The notes under the pieces: generated by a model | The model's input: only the letters and a program-made list of their open reading frames with translations | Database searches by the model: none | Told to the model about the DNA's origin: nothing | Part shown: piece after piece, positions 11,932 to 24,679 of the stretch | Layout: each line of letters opens with the position of its first letter | How positions within the stretch are numbered: the first letter of the stretch is position 1 | Origin: Leucoraja ocellata | Taxonomy: Eukaryota | Reading direction: 5' to 3' | Length of the DNA stretch: 64,000 nt | NCBI GenBank assembly: GCA_036785375.1 | Contig: JAWMAR010000079.1 | Span: 124,001-188,000 of the forward strand | Translations under genes and position numbers: made by a program

Positions 11932-13484
11932 GTAAGCAAATGTGTATTATTAAAATATTAGTTTGGTACAATATGTTATGAGATAAATTAATAAGGTTAT
12001 CACATGAGGATGGGTGAGGGAGAGAAACCACATTTTGCATTTGGGAAGTTCTATCCCATTTTTCCGCACTTTTAATTTGCTGTGGATACCAAATTGCTGA
12101 CTCTGCCACATCTGTAGTGCAATGTATTCAGCCATTAGGGAATTGTTGATCCTGACATTGAACTTCAATTTTGCTCTGTGTAATGCTGCGGAGCATTGGC
12201 TTTTCAATGTAAAATGCATACACTCTTCTCTTACACTCATTTTCATTATGCCTGGCTAAAGATTAGCTGAAGTCTATTTTGGGGTAGCCAACATTTTGTC
12301 CTTGGAGAATAGATTTCAAGTTGGATCTGAAGATTGCATCTGAAAGTTATTGCTGGAGAAATATCCATATGCATGACGGGCAAGTGCTGGCTACGTGCAC
12401 CAATGTCTGAGTGTGTGCAATTTAGTTTGACATTCCATGCACAAATATCTGTCTTGCACTTGTACCTGCATAGAGGCAGATCTCCAGATCACATAAAGGT
12501 TCATGAGACTTTCCATAAACTGATTTTTACATAATACGGAAACAAACAATTTCAATGCAGGCTGATTAATATGAACATTTATTTATTGTCTTCCCGTGTC
12601 GTTACAATGATACAAAATCAGAATATCACGCATCCAGCGATGAGTTTGGATGGCCGTAAAGTATCATTGTTTGCTAAAGCATATTGCAAATGTCAATAGC
12701 GAGATTACCTTGTCAATTTCCAAATCAATTTCCTTGGTGGCGTCCTGTTGTGAACCGAAGCTGAGTTCTAAAAGACAATAGTGTCTGTTTAATTACAGGG
12801 GGGAACTTGTATATGAACAGATGTTTTGTTTTGAAGACTTTTGATTTTAATTTAACAAGCTGCTACCCTGTTCCATAACTCCTGAAGATTTTTGCATTGC
12901 TCTAATTAGCTTTCCTTCTTGAAAAATTCTTGAAACATTTATGAGAGAATTTGCATAATGTCAGATTTCCATACTATGTGCTGAAATAAAATGTTGACGA
13001 GAGGTTTGTGACCTGCTTCAGCTTTAGTTCAATTCTGATGTTACTGGGCCACTGGGTTTATGTCTGGAAGGTATGTTTAACTAATTTCCTTTTTCTCTCC
13101 ATCCTCCATTACTGCTGCCCCCAGACTTCCCTCGAACCCTGATCTGAATCCAATTATCCCTACCCGACTCCTGGGCTTTGGGTTTCCAGCACCACATTTC
13201 ACTCCCTAATGCATACTCGGTGATCTCCATTATTTGTACTTTTGACGATTTTGTACATGAAATCCAATTTTGGACAACATTGTGTCCTTCTTTGTGGTGG
13301 ATTATCCAAAACCAGTTACTTTAGATCATACGATCCATTGATCCAAGGTTTGAGCATCTCTGCTCTGTGATTCTTGCAAGGAATGGGGTGGTCAGACCTG
13401 ATCCTACACCTTTGTATTCTTAGGGGATAAGATGGAAAAAGTCATGATCAGAGGTTTGGCAGTTAGGATCCATCCTGAGGAAAA

Positions 13485-14050
13485 TAAGACAATAAACAAT
13501 AGACAATAGGTGCAGGAGCAGGCCATTCGGCCCTTCGAGCCAGCACCGCCATTCAATGTGATCAAGGCTGATCATCCACAATCAGTACCCTGTTCCCGCC
13601 TCCCGATATCCCCTGACCCCGCGATCTTTAAGAGCTCTATCTAACTCTCTCTTGAAAGCATCCAGAGAACCGGCCTCCACCGCCTTCTGAGGCAGAGAAT
13701 TCCACAGATTCACAACCCTCAGTGTGAAATAGTTATTCCTCATCTACGTTCTAAATGGCTTACCCCTTATTCTGAAATTGTGGCCCCTCCTGGTTCTGGA
13801 CTCCCCCAACATCGGGAACATGTTTCCTGTCTCTAGCGTGTCCAACCCCTTAATAATCTTATATGTTTCAATAAGATTCCCTCTCATTCTTTTAAATTCC
13901 TGAGTATACAAGCCCAGCTGCTCCATTCTATCAACATATGACAATCCTGCCATCCCTGGAATTAACCTGATGAACCTACCCACAAATGCAAGAATGTCCT
14001 TCCTCAAATTTGGAGACCAAAACTGCATACAATATTTATAATGGTGTCTT
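13485..14050 (-). mobile_element. 5'-truncated CR1 LINE (3' end)
   Basis: ORF 13744-14097 (YCMQFWSPNLRKDILA...RMRGNLIETYKIIKG...RTRGH) plus 3' UTR and (agacaata)n tail. Confidence 0.9.
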
Positions 14051-14185
14051 TGAAAACATTTGTAATAGTACCACATTTCACCAAGTGCATTGTCCAATTG
14101 TAGATTAGTTTAAGATGGTTGTGATTTCCATCTGGGATCGACTTTCAAAATTTGATTTTTATCGTATTCTCTGTGATTTATTTAG

Positions 14186-14257
14186 AATATCAAAATGGAA
14201 CCTGGTGACCAGAGAAGTCCCGTTTATCAAATATATAAGGAACTAGAATTTCTCCTT
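14186..14257 (+). CDS. ZWILCH: ZWILCH exon 8
   Basis: [24 protein letters not shown]; tttag/gtaagt; 72 bp. Confidence 0.94.
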
Positions 14258-14896
14258 GTAAGTATTTCAAATAGCTATTAGAATCATTTGTGTTCTTTAA
14301 TGTTCTTGTGTGATTTTTAAGAGCAGATTTGAATTGTCATGTTCTAACAAATTGTAGCCTGAATACATTTGTTGTTCTTAACAAACGTTATCAAAATGGA
14401 CTTGATGTGCTGCATTTAACAATGTTGTACACTCTGACTTTATGAAGCAACACCTGACTATCTTGCATATTGAGGAGATTCTCCAGAAGGGTTGAGTTTG
14501 AGAGTGTGTGGATTTTGGCACAAAATCGTCTATTTTTAAAGCTACAAAAATAATGAGTGATTTAAGCTATTCATTTGCTGGAACCAAAATTTGACTTTGC
14601 TATTTTTGTTAATCTTTTTGTGAACAAAAAAGTTAGAGCAAAGTTAATTGATGGTGTATGTTAATTATAAAATTGGCAATTTTGCATTTGTTAAATTCAT
14701 TATTTCCTACCTTATCAGAAATTTGTGGTTAGCTGTATCAATAGCCCTCTTACTATCAGTGGCAGCACAATTATATAATGTGGTTGGTGATGGCATGGTG
14801 CATGGAGGGATGGACAGTGGTTGAATAAACTACACCTGTTTCTGCCCTTAGGCTGTACCTGACAAACTATGTACCAGCAGCATAGTTCTAGGATGT

Positions 14897-15112
14897 CATA
14901 GAGTGATATGGTGTGGAAACAGGCCCTTCGGCCGAACATGTCCCAGCTATACTAGTTCCACCTGTCTGCGCTTGGTCCATATCCCTCCAAACCTGTCCTA
15001 TCCATGTACCTGTCCAACTATTTCTTAAACGATGGGATAGTCCTAGCCTCAACTACCACCTCAGGCAGCTTGTTCCATTCACCCACCACCCTCAGTGTGA
15101 AATAATTACCCC
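14897..15112 (-). mobile_element. CR1 3' end, second subfamily
   Basis: Translates FTLRVVGEWNKLPEVVVEA; reverse complement of the copy at 46680-47107. Confidence 0.8.
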
Positions 15113-15925
15113 TGTGGAGCTGTGGTTTGTGGAGCTTCTTGCTGCGGGCGGCGCTAACTTTAATATCGCGAAGTCCTGGGATTGCCATTGTTGGAACTCC
15201 GTCTAGCTCGGCCTGTGGACTTCGAGAGCTGCGGTCTCCGGTAGCCGCTGTGAGGGTTCTTCCGTTCTGATGTTGGAGTTCCATCGCCCCGGCGAGAGGT
15301 AACCTGAACATCGGACCGCCTGTAGCGGCGACAGCGAAGAGTTCAAAGGCCCGACCACGGGTGAACAAAGAGGAAGATGACTGAACCTTATTGCCTTCCC
15401 CCACATTGGGAACGTTGATTCCGTTGTGTGGGTATGTTTATGTTAAAGGAGCTGTCCCACTTGGGCGACCTAATCTGCGAGGTTAGAAGAGTGTCTTCGA
15501 CCTTCAAACTCGCAGCATGGTTGACACGTGGTCCTTGGAGGTCCTATGAGGTCGCTGGAACTCTCCTTCATGCTCGAGGGAAGTACCCGAATGCTCGTGG
15601 CCTCAGCTAGGTCGTGGAAATTTGATTGACATGGGTCTTTTTAACTCGTAGTGCAGTGGAATGGGGTAGCTATTTACTTACAGGCGGTCGGTCGATCCAG
15701 CTCGCGGTTTCAACGCGGACGGTCAATCCAGCTTGAGACTATCCAGGAGAGTGCCCTCGAGCTTGAAGGTCGAAGACACTCTTCTGGTCTTGTGGATGAG
15801 GTCGCTCAAGTGGGACAGTCCCATAACTCTATCGTGTATTGTGTTATTTTTATTGTATGGCTGTATGGTAACTCAAATCTCGCTGTACCAATTGGTGCAT
15901 GTGACAATAAATGTAACTTGAACTT
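15113..15925 (+). mobile_element. GC-rich non-autonomous retroelement with stem-loop/AATAAA/microsatellite tail
   Basis: Shares the tgccttcc..caca...tgtg..g.atgtt core and ...gtgacaataaa tail with other copies; interrupted by the Harbinger MITE. Confidence 0.55.
15447..15823. mobile_element. PIF/Harbinger-type MITE nested in a GC-rich retroelement
   Basis: TIRs ggagctgtcccacttgggcgacct / aggtcgctcaagtgggacagtccc; TAA target duplication at 15444-15446 and 15824-15826. Confidence 0.82.
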
Positions 15926-15948
15926 GTTTCTCATGTGCTTTGTTACAG

Positions 15949-16042
15949 GTTTTAGCTGAAGGACTGAAAACGGGTGAAACTGGGTGGCCAGAGGTTCTGG
16001 AAGAAAAATCTGCAGTTGAAGTTGTGAAAGAATTAATCGAAG
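15949..16042 (+). CDS. ZWILCH: ZWILCH exon 9
   Basis: VLAEGLKTGETGWPEVLEEKSAVEVVKELIE; tacag/gtacag; 94 bp. Confidence 0.94.
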
Positions 16043-17143
16043 GTACAGAGTTTTGAAACTTGAGCAATATCTGCTTTAATTTGGTGAAATGATATGAATG
16101 TATAATCGAATAGATCTTAACAGAAGTATTTATGTGATTAAGCCCATGGATCATTTGTCAATTTACTCCGCCACATAGTATTAATAATACTAATAAAAAC
16201 CTCTGATTAGGTTTATTCTCTGTAGCTATAATATTAATTTAAAATACGCCAGTTGAGATATTTCTATATACCTAAAAGTCTTTGTCTAGTTTGTGCCCAC
16301 GATGTGTCAATCTGGTTTTCCTATCTACTTCCAAACGCTAGCCTTCCCATTTTCTCACGTCCTACTCACATTTTTCTCGTTGTGGAAATAAACATCTTCC
16401 CGTCGCATTCCCACCTATATTTCCAAAGTTATTAATCCTTTAAATTTAAAAAACAGCCCCAAAAACTTACCCATTTCGGGGAAAAATTCACTCGCAAGGC
16501 GGGACGGGACACTCCGGGAGGGAGGGGCATTCCAGCGCTCGTGGTAAACGAGGAGTGCTCCCGTTTTTCCCACCATCTCTCCACCTGCCTTCATGCTCCA
16601 TCCCCGACCCATTCAGTAATTAAAAAATGAAGGAGATTTAAAAGCCTTGGGAAAATTGAATTGTTACTTATTTTTATTTTTTACGGAGAGAACAATCTGC
16701 GCATGCAAGGTTTAAGGTTTTTTTTAAAATCCGACTTACTGCCTACCTTGAGTAATTACTCACGCACGTGCCTGATATATATATATCTCAACAGTGTTGT
16801 ATTGATGATGAGGAATGAAACACTCTTCCATGGTTTTTTAAATGGTACAGTATGCTGAAGTTTCATTCCTCCAGCAAGGGCTTGAGTTTGGAAGTTGAGA
16901 ATGAAAGTAGAGCTGTCCCCTTTGTAAAATGGCTTAGAAAGCTCCAGAGACTTTTTTCCTCAAAATTATGTGCCATTTCTCCTTTTCAATAAGTACTTGA
17001 ATAATTGTCATAATCTTTCTAAAACTTTCAGCATGCCAGTGGTGTAACATGGAAACACTGCCTTCCTCCATGAATAGACTTTTGTGTTGGCTTGTTTATC
17101 TTAGCATGGTATCATTCATTTTTACATTTCATGTCTGACGCAG

Positions 17144-17199
17144 ACCTGAAGAACCAAATCACTGCTTCTCAACGTCAGCCAAAGAGAATTGACACAGAG
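17144..17199 (+). CDS. ZWILCH: ZWILCH exon 10
   Basis: (D)LKNQITASQRQPKRIDTE; cgcag/gtatga; 56 bp, phase 1 to 0 as required. Confidence 0.85.
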
Positions 17200-19273
17200 G
17201 TATGATATTTGGATAAATGAAATCTTTTGCTGGAGTTAGGCATTGTAAATGTAACTTTGAATTTTATTTTAAAAGTGCTCTGTGGAAAAGCAAAACTGAT
17301 TGTTGTTATAGAGCAAAGTATCACTTACAGAATATCAGCTCTTAGATCAAGCAGAAGCATATTTATTTCAATCAACCTTGTAACTCAGCAGGAGTCGTCC
17401 ACACACTCTCCCCAATTAATCAATGCATAACATTAATATGCACATTTGGAGATCAGTTGCAGCATCTTTATTTATTGCACAGACATCCAGTTACTGCCAA
17501 TGTGACACTCAAAAGCAGATAAGTACGTGATCAGTTGCTGCTAACATAATTAATCCTACTTAATCTGCTCATCAAGAAGAGCCACTTTTCTGATGGTCGC
17601 ATGAACTGGCCTTGTCGTCGTTCTAATCATTCACTTGATTACCATGGGAACATCCTTGGGGAGTTTTCTGGCAATATCTCTGTTGCTAAGGAATACACTC
17701 CAGAGCTAGCTTTAAATAAAATAACACAGACGCTGCACAGACTCGTACCATCATTTAATGATGAAGATAGCTCTAGTAATAATAATTTGTTTTTATTTCC
17801 TTATCCGCACAGTTGCAGTTACTGTAGTGAGATTAAAAATGGACCTTCATAAGTCTTTGATGTTTTGTATAGAATATCATTCTTGAGTGGCCTAGTGCTA
17901 GGTAAAACTTTATGCCTTATTGGCCATTTTGGTGGTCGCGTAATTTGTGTATTCCTCCGCTGCAGACGAGGCCTCTGGATCATCATGGAAATACCGCTGC
18001 TACTGCCTCCGTATGTTTGACCACATTCCCCATGTAGCGCAATAATATCAAACAGGCATCAAGATGCAATCATTCCAGTCATTGGAGTTATATCGTCCAC
18101 AACAAAATATCATTCTGGTAGTTGGAAATCGATCATAAGACATAATTGCAGGAGTTTCCAAGGATAATCTTCCCAAGCACAATCGTTTTCAGTCGCTTCA
18201 TCAATGGCCTTCCACCATACGTTCAGAAGTGGATATGTTCACTGACTACACAATGTTCAATTCCATTTATATCTCCTCAGTAAATAAATCGGTCCATGCC
18301 TGCATGCAACAAGACCTAGACAATATTCAGCCATGGGCTGTAAAGCAGCATTGAATAAGAGAGTCTAACCACTTCCCCATGATATCCAATGGTATTATCT
18401 TGTGTGCTTTATCAACATTTTTGATGGTCACAATGGCCTGATACTCAACTGGACCAGAATAGGTCCAGTTGAAAATCCTTAAGAATAGGTGAAAGGCCTG
18501 GTGGTATCCTGTAGCAAATGCCTCATCTTTTGACATTCCTTAGCACTTCCCCTAACTCAAGGCACAATTCAGGAATGACGACCGAGCATATTTTAATATG
18601 TTAATATTAAAATCTCATCGCCTGTTAATCTCATCACCCCTAGCACCAAAAAAGACGACAATGATTGATTGATTGATTGAGTGCGTTCATTTATTTTTGT
18701 CAATGGATATTATTTTACAATTAACATGCCTGAAGTAGCATGCTTATGCCTTCTAAATATTTTGGTTATAAATAGCAGCAGAGTTTGCTTTTCTTTGTCT
18801 TCCGCAAAGGGAGGGGTGTTCACGCTGGGGGATATTCATAGATGTTTTGTCATTTAAAAATAGGAGGAGATAGAATGTTAAATCCATGTTGTGTTTCTAT
18901 TGTACTTGGGTTTAAAGGTGTTCATTATAAATGGGTTACAAAAGACTATTTAATTCAGTATCTAAACTTCATCCAATTCATGGATTTTAAAATGTTTAAT
19001 AGAATCATTTAAAATAAGTTTAGAAAAAAAATAGTGTAAGTCATGTAAAGTGTAAGACATTTCAACATGTTTCTGTGTACTGTAAATACTCTGGATACTT
19101 GTCAATTTGCAAATTATTTTCATATATGTTTGGAATTTCCGTTTTGAGCTGGCAGGATTTTGTGGTAAATCTCTTCTGTGAATAACTGTTTGTAACATTT
19201 AGTATCCTAATAAGATAGCAGCACCATGGTTAGACTGGAATATAATATACTATCATTCAAAAAATCTAAGATA

Positions 19274-19718
19274 CAGGTCCACCACCGATTTTCCTGCCAC
19301 TGGTGGTTTGACACCTTCTTAATCCGGACAAAATTGCGAGAGAGCACTTGAAATCCCTCTGAAAATGTAGTGCTTAGGCTGGGTGAGGCAGCCAATCTCA
19401 ACGTCATCGGGACTTGATCGGCAGGTCAAATTTGCCCCGTGCGACTGGGGCTCTGGAACCGGCGCAGCTGGAGTTGGGAGATCCGTTCCCATATCCACAG
19501 CTAGTTGGCAGATCTGATTTGCCCCCTGCGACCGGGGCTATGGAACTCCAGCCGAGGCCGACTCTGTGGGCCCGTATCTCGGCCCCTTGGCGGCCTGAAT
19601 GGACTTTTCTGGTACCGTTGGACTCCTTTCAGAGGCCGTGATGTCTGTCGATCTGGCAATACGGATAATCCAGAAAAGGTCTAGAACCAAAGGTGCTGGA
19701 AAATCGGTAGTGGACATG
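19274..19718. mobile_element. Tc1/mariner-superfamily (pogo/Tigger-like) MITE
   Basis: TIRs caggtccaccaccgattttcc / ggaaaatcggtagtggacatg flanked by TA on both sides; GC-rich interior with an internal duplication. Confidence 0.8.
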
Positions 19719-19775
19719 TACTAGCATTTTTGACCAGGATTTTGTTTTAATTTATTTCTTATTGTTTTGCATCAG

Positions 19776-19884
19776 AAATTGAGAAGTGATGCAGCTGCTG
19801 TTGAATCAACCATCCATTCGTCATTTACTCCTGAACGTGGTGATCTTGATTTTGCGGAGCAGCTTTGGACTAGAATGAGGGAAA
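19776..19884 (+). CDS. ZWILCH: ZWILCH exon 11
   Basis: KLRSDAAAVESTIHSSFTPERGDLDFAEQLWTRMRE; contains the conserved DLDFAEQLW motif; atcag/gtatgt; 109 bp. Confidence 0.95.
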
Positions 19885-21117
19885 GTATGTATTCCTGCGG
19901 GACAGATGCTTCCTGTGGATTAGATTTTCCCATTAAGAGAGCATAGTGATACAGTGATTCCACTTACTAATGTTGGATAGAGTCAAGAGTATTTAATTGT
20001 CATATGCACTGGGAACGGAACAATGTCATTCTTACTTGCTGCAGCTTTACAGGCACATTAACACACTAACATAACAAATAAATATAAAAGAATAAATAAT
20101 AGAATAAATAATCAGTAATACTATGTAACCAGACCATAATAGCGCAAACCAAAGTACATGGCGCAACCCAAACAAAATCCATAATAGTTGTTGCTGACGT
20201 ACAGTGTGCAGAGCTAGATGGTTGCTGGGAAGAAGCTGTTCTTGTACTTAGAGTTAACAGTTCTCAGGCTCCTGTACCACATTTCCCAAGTTGGCAGCAA
20301 GCCTGGCCAGAATGGTTTGATGACATTTGCAGCTGCCTTGAGGAAGTGCATCCAGAGCATCATGTTCATATGTTCTAGGAGCAGAAATAGGCCATTTGGA
20401 CCATCGTCTACTCCAACATCCAATCATGGCTGATCTATCTTTCCCTCTCAACCACATTCTCCTGCCCCCTCCCCCACCCTCCCCATAACCCCTGACACCC
20501 TTATTAATCAATCTACTGACTTGCACTCCACAGCCGTCAGTGGCATCCTTTTGATGGTAGCGAGGTCAATACCTGTGATGAATATAGAAAAGTACAACAG
20601 AGTTCACCACTTTCTGCAGCCTCCTTCATTCTTGGATGTTTGACTAAACTTGCCCTGATGCAACCAATTAGTGTACTTTCCACCATACACCTACAGAAGT
20701 TTGATAGAGTATTGAAATCTATGCTCCTAATAGATTCACTCTCTGCTGATGTCTTGCCAAGAAAGATACATGATGAATACATGTGGTCGCCCTCAGAAGA
20801 TTTGCCTACTTGGGGGCAGTATTCATGCAATAATTAGAATCTGGTTCAATAATAGAACTGTAAACATTTTGCGAAAAGTAGAAAGTATTGAAATATATTG
20901 CAATTAATGTAGATTTAAGTGAAAACAGAGCAGGTGATCTTAGCTTTCTCTTGTCCTGAAACCAGAGTGTTGACTATTCTACACGTCAGACAGCATCAGT
21001 GGCGAGCAAAGAGGAGGTTCCAAGGACTATGCCGTTGGAACTGCTGTGCTTTCTACTCCTCTTGTTAGCCTGGTGTTCCTTTCTTTGCGTTTTACTCTTT
21101 TTTCTTTCTTTTTTTAG

Positions 21118-21197
21118 CTGTTTCTTCATATCGAGATGTGGTAGATTGCTTAATGCTAGTTATCCAACACTTAAAATGCAAGGATATTCAACCATGG
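21118..21197 (+). CDS. ZWILCH: ZWILCH exon 12
   Basis: (T)VSSYRDVVDCLMLVIQHLKCKDIQPW; long pyrimidine tract with ag acceptor, gtatgg donor; 80 bp. Confidence 0.93.
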
Positions 21198-21711
21198 GTA
21201 TGGAGATAACTCATATTTTAATGTTTGTTAAAATGTTAACTGAAATATATATTTTAAAAATATATTGATTTTAAGATTTGGAAGTTTTGGAAGATACTCT
21301 AATACAGGATCAGTTAAAATTTGTTTTATATTTTTATTTCATTGTTTGGTGATTAATGCTAGGGCATGAGACCGTCTGTTTTGGTGTGACAGAGCAATTG
21401 GGTATTTGGAGGTAGTGTGATTTATTATTGACACTACCTGCAGAGAACTTGCATCTTTACAATATTTGGAGCTAAGCGTAGAGGCCACAATACTTCCAAT
21501 TGGTGCCTTCTGACTGATTTCTGCACTGCGTCATTTATAATTCCTCAGAGACAAACCATCCAAATTGTTGTAGTTATACAGATATTCCAGAAGTACACCT
21601 GTTAAGAGAGAATCATTTCTTAAATTGTTTTAACAAATTTCGTAGCTAGGTGTAATTCTTACAATATGCCTACTGTAATTGAGCACTGAACAATTTCTGA
21701 TCAATTTTCAG

Positions 21712-21868
21712 ATTCACCGAGGGAGCAACAGTTCTCTCAGCAAATTAATCCAACAGTCCTATCAATCCGTCATGCCTGCTGTCCATATTAATGGACTAAC
21801 TGCTATACGAATGCTTTTGGAGATAGGTCTGGATAAATTGCGGAGGGATTACATAAATTATTTTATCG
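21712..21868 (+). CDS. ZWILCH: ZWILCH exon 13
   Basis: [17 protein letters not shown]...[19 protein letters not shown]; ttcag/gtaggt; 157 bp. Confidence 0.96.
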
Positions 21869-22571
21869 GTAGGTGTTCCAGAGTATTTATTGATTTGTAA
21901 CGAAAATATTAACAACACATTATGTTTGAAACTGTCTATACACTTCTTCCATATACAAAAACATAGAAAATAGGTGCAGGAGGAGGTTGAGGTAGTGTTA
22001 TGACATGAAGTGTTTGTGTAACATGGCACTGTTTAATTGTGATAGGATATATTCTCATCCTCTGTTGCTGCTGAATCAATTGAGGACAAGTGGAGTTCCA
22101 GTAAACCTTTAGAGAGTGGAGAGGAGTAAGTGATAAGGAAAGGTAATCTGGAAAGTCTGGTCAATGACATGAGCATTCTTCCCCCAAGGATTTAGAACTG
22201 ATTTAATATTGCATATAATGTGATGTTGGGCGGGGGAGGGGGGGGGGATAGTAACTGCAAGCCCTGCATGTCTCATGCACACTGCAAAAATATGAATGTA
22301 ATTTTTTGTTCAATGTTCAATTTGACTCTGACATCGGGAGGGGAATGGGGAGTGCAGGGGAGAGATACGTTTTTTTTGCCTTCCATCACAGCGAGGAGGA
22401 GATGCGCTGTGATGGATGTCTATGTAAATTGTGTTGTGTCTTGGGTCTTTTTTTTCTTGTGTGTATGACTGTAGAAACATCATTTCATTTGAGCCTCTAT
22501 GAGGTTCAAGTGACAAATAAATTGTATTGTATTGTATTGTAATTAGTTATTGACAAATTATTTTCTTCTAG

Positions 22572-22600
22572 GTCAAGAACTCACTACTTTGAATTACTTG
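22572..22600 (+). CDS. ZWILCH: ZWILCH exon 14 (29-bp mini-exon)
   Basis: (G)QELTTLNYL; tctag/gtaagg. Confidence 0.92.
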
Positions 22601-22697
22601 GTAAGGACAATGAATAATGTTTATAAATTGTGACTCGACTAAATGTTATTTCCTGTCTAATAATTATGCTTTATTGACACTTGATGCTATTCTGCAG

Positions 22698-22834
22698 GAC
22701 TACTTTGTGAATTCCACTGTAAATTTAGAAGAGCAGGTGCTCCGTCTCCATAAGCTCCATCACATGCTTGAGCTGGTAGTGAGTTGCAGTGCTTTTCTCA
22801 CTTTGAAACACGGAAAGCTCTTTGCGTTGACACA
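22698..22834 (+). CDS. ZWILCH: ZWILCH exon 15
   Basis: [45 protein letters not shown](Q); tgcag/gtgagt; 137 bp. Confidence 0.95.
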
Positions 22835-24557
22835 GTGAGTATTTTGAAAAGCACCCTTTTTAATTAAAATTTCTACGTAAATAATGGTCATGTTACAACA
22901 AAGATTGCAGACTTGCAAAAAAACACATATTTTGCTTGTAAAGATCTAGTCCTTTAGAAGTCCCTTCAATTCTAGAATATGTTTTTAATTGAACAGTGCC
23001 CGAAAATGGAGACATGAGACTGTGGATGCTAGAATTTTGAGCTAACAACAAACCGGTCAGGCAGCATCTGTGGAGGAAAATGGACAGACAACGTTTTGGG
23101 TTAGGATCCTTCTTCAGACTGATGGACAAGAGAGGAGATCGAAGAAACCCCATTTTTCTTCTCCACACCCTCCCCACCCCTTAACCTCTCCATTTCCTTC
23201 CACCCACCATCCCTCCCTCTGATTCTACAATTAATTCCCCCTTTCTTATTAGATTCCACCATTTGCACCCTTTTGTCTCGTCCCCTTCATCTCAAGGCTT
23301 AGCTACTGTCTTTTCTGCCTTCTCCGCTATCTCTGCAATCAACTCCTCATCTGGATCCACTTATCACTTTTTAGTTTTACTCCATCCATCCCCCTCAACT
23401 TTTTCGATCAGCTATCTTCCCTCTTCATCATCATCCTTAATCTTTTTCCATTTGATCTTTGTTATACTAATTCTTAAAGACCACTTGGAGATGTGTAGGA
23501 AGGAACTGCAGATTCTGGTTTACACTGAAGATAGACACAAAATGCTGGAGTAATTCAGCGGGACATGCAGCATCTCTGGAGAAAAGGTATAGGTGACATT
23601 TTGGGTCGAGACCGTTCTTGAAGAAGGGTCTCGAATTGAAATGTCACCTATTCCTTTTCATAGAAATAGAAAAATAGGTACAGGAGTAGGCCATTTGGCC
23701 ATTCGAGCCAGCACTGCCATTCAATATGATCATGGTTGATCATCTAAAATCAATACCCCGTTCCTGCTTTTTCCCCATATTCCTTGATTCCTTTAGCCCT
23801 AAAAGCTAAATCTAACATTGTGCAGACATTTTATCCAGAGATTCTGCCTGTCCCGTTGAATTACTACAGCATTTGTGTCTTATCTTTTTTGTTTTAGAAA
23901 GAGTTGGTTTTCCAACAAAAATATAGATTGGGGAGACACAGACAAGATTATTTTGTTGCAATGCTGCACATCTTTGTAAAAAGTGTGAAATATAGAAAAT
24001 AAATACAAATATGTTCATGATATTAAAAGTGTGCTTTTCACAATCAATACATTTTAAAGTAAATGAGAATTGGTGGGTATCTAAGGTGTCTTATAGAGTT
24101 GGCAAGAATGGGAATTTTACATTGTGCAGAAAATTAGAGAATTATTTAAATGAATACACGTGAAATATTATTATTAAACGGCTAAAAAACAGATTATCTG
24201 AAAATGATTAGATTATACAGTATTCATCTCATTTTGAAAGTGATGAGGATGCATAGGGATGAAAAGGAGGAGAGGCATACACAGTGAAGGAAGAAGAGAG
24301 AAAGGGGAAGGTCATTATCCTTGGTTTCTGTTTGCTTTGATTTAAAAATTGAGATAATGAGCTGAATGAAGGGTTAATGTTTGTAATGCACTAAAATTAG
24401 AGGGTTTTGATTGATAATGGAAATCAATAGCATACTTTGGAGTTGGAGGATTTAATATATACATTTTTATTGTACATTTATTTTCTTTGGTGATAGTATC
24501 TTTTGTCTTTACAAAAAAAAATATTATATTACTTTCCCTTGGTTTCTCTTACAACAG

Positions 24558-24653
24558 GTCCTGTTCTAAATACTACAAGGATAATCCATTAGATGAACAA
24601 CATGTTTTCCAGTTACCAATCAATCCCAGCGCCATTAAAGCTTTCCATGAAAA
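24558..24653 (+). CDS. ZWILCH: ZWILCH exon 16
   Basis: [31 protein letters not shown]; aacag/gtaagg; 96 bp. Confidence 0.95.
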
Positions 24654-24679
24654 GTAAGGCAAAAATGAAACGTGTCTGC

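Noticed and set aside
17960-18560. Highly decayed RT-like segment (resembling GVPQG and FADD motifs)
   Set aside because: Probably an ancient LINE fragment, but too degenerate to assign clade or boundaries, so not listed as a feature
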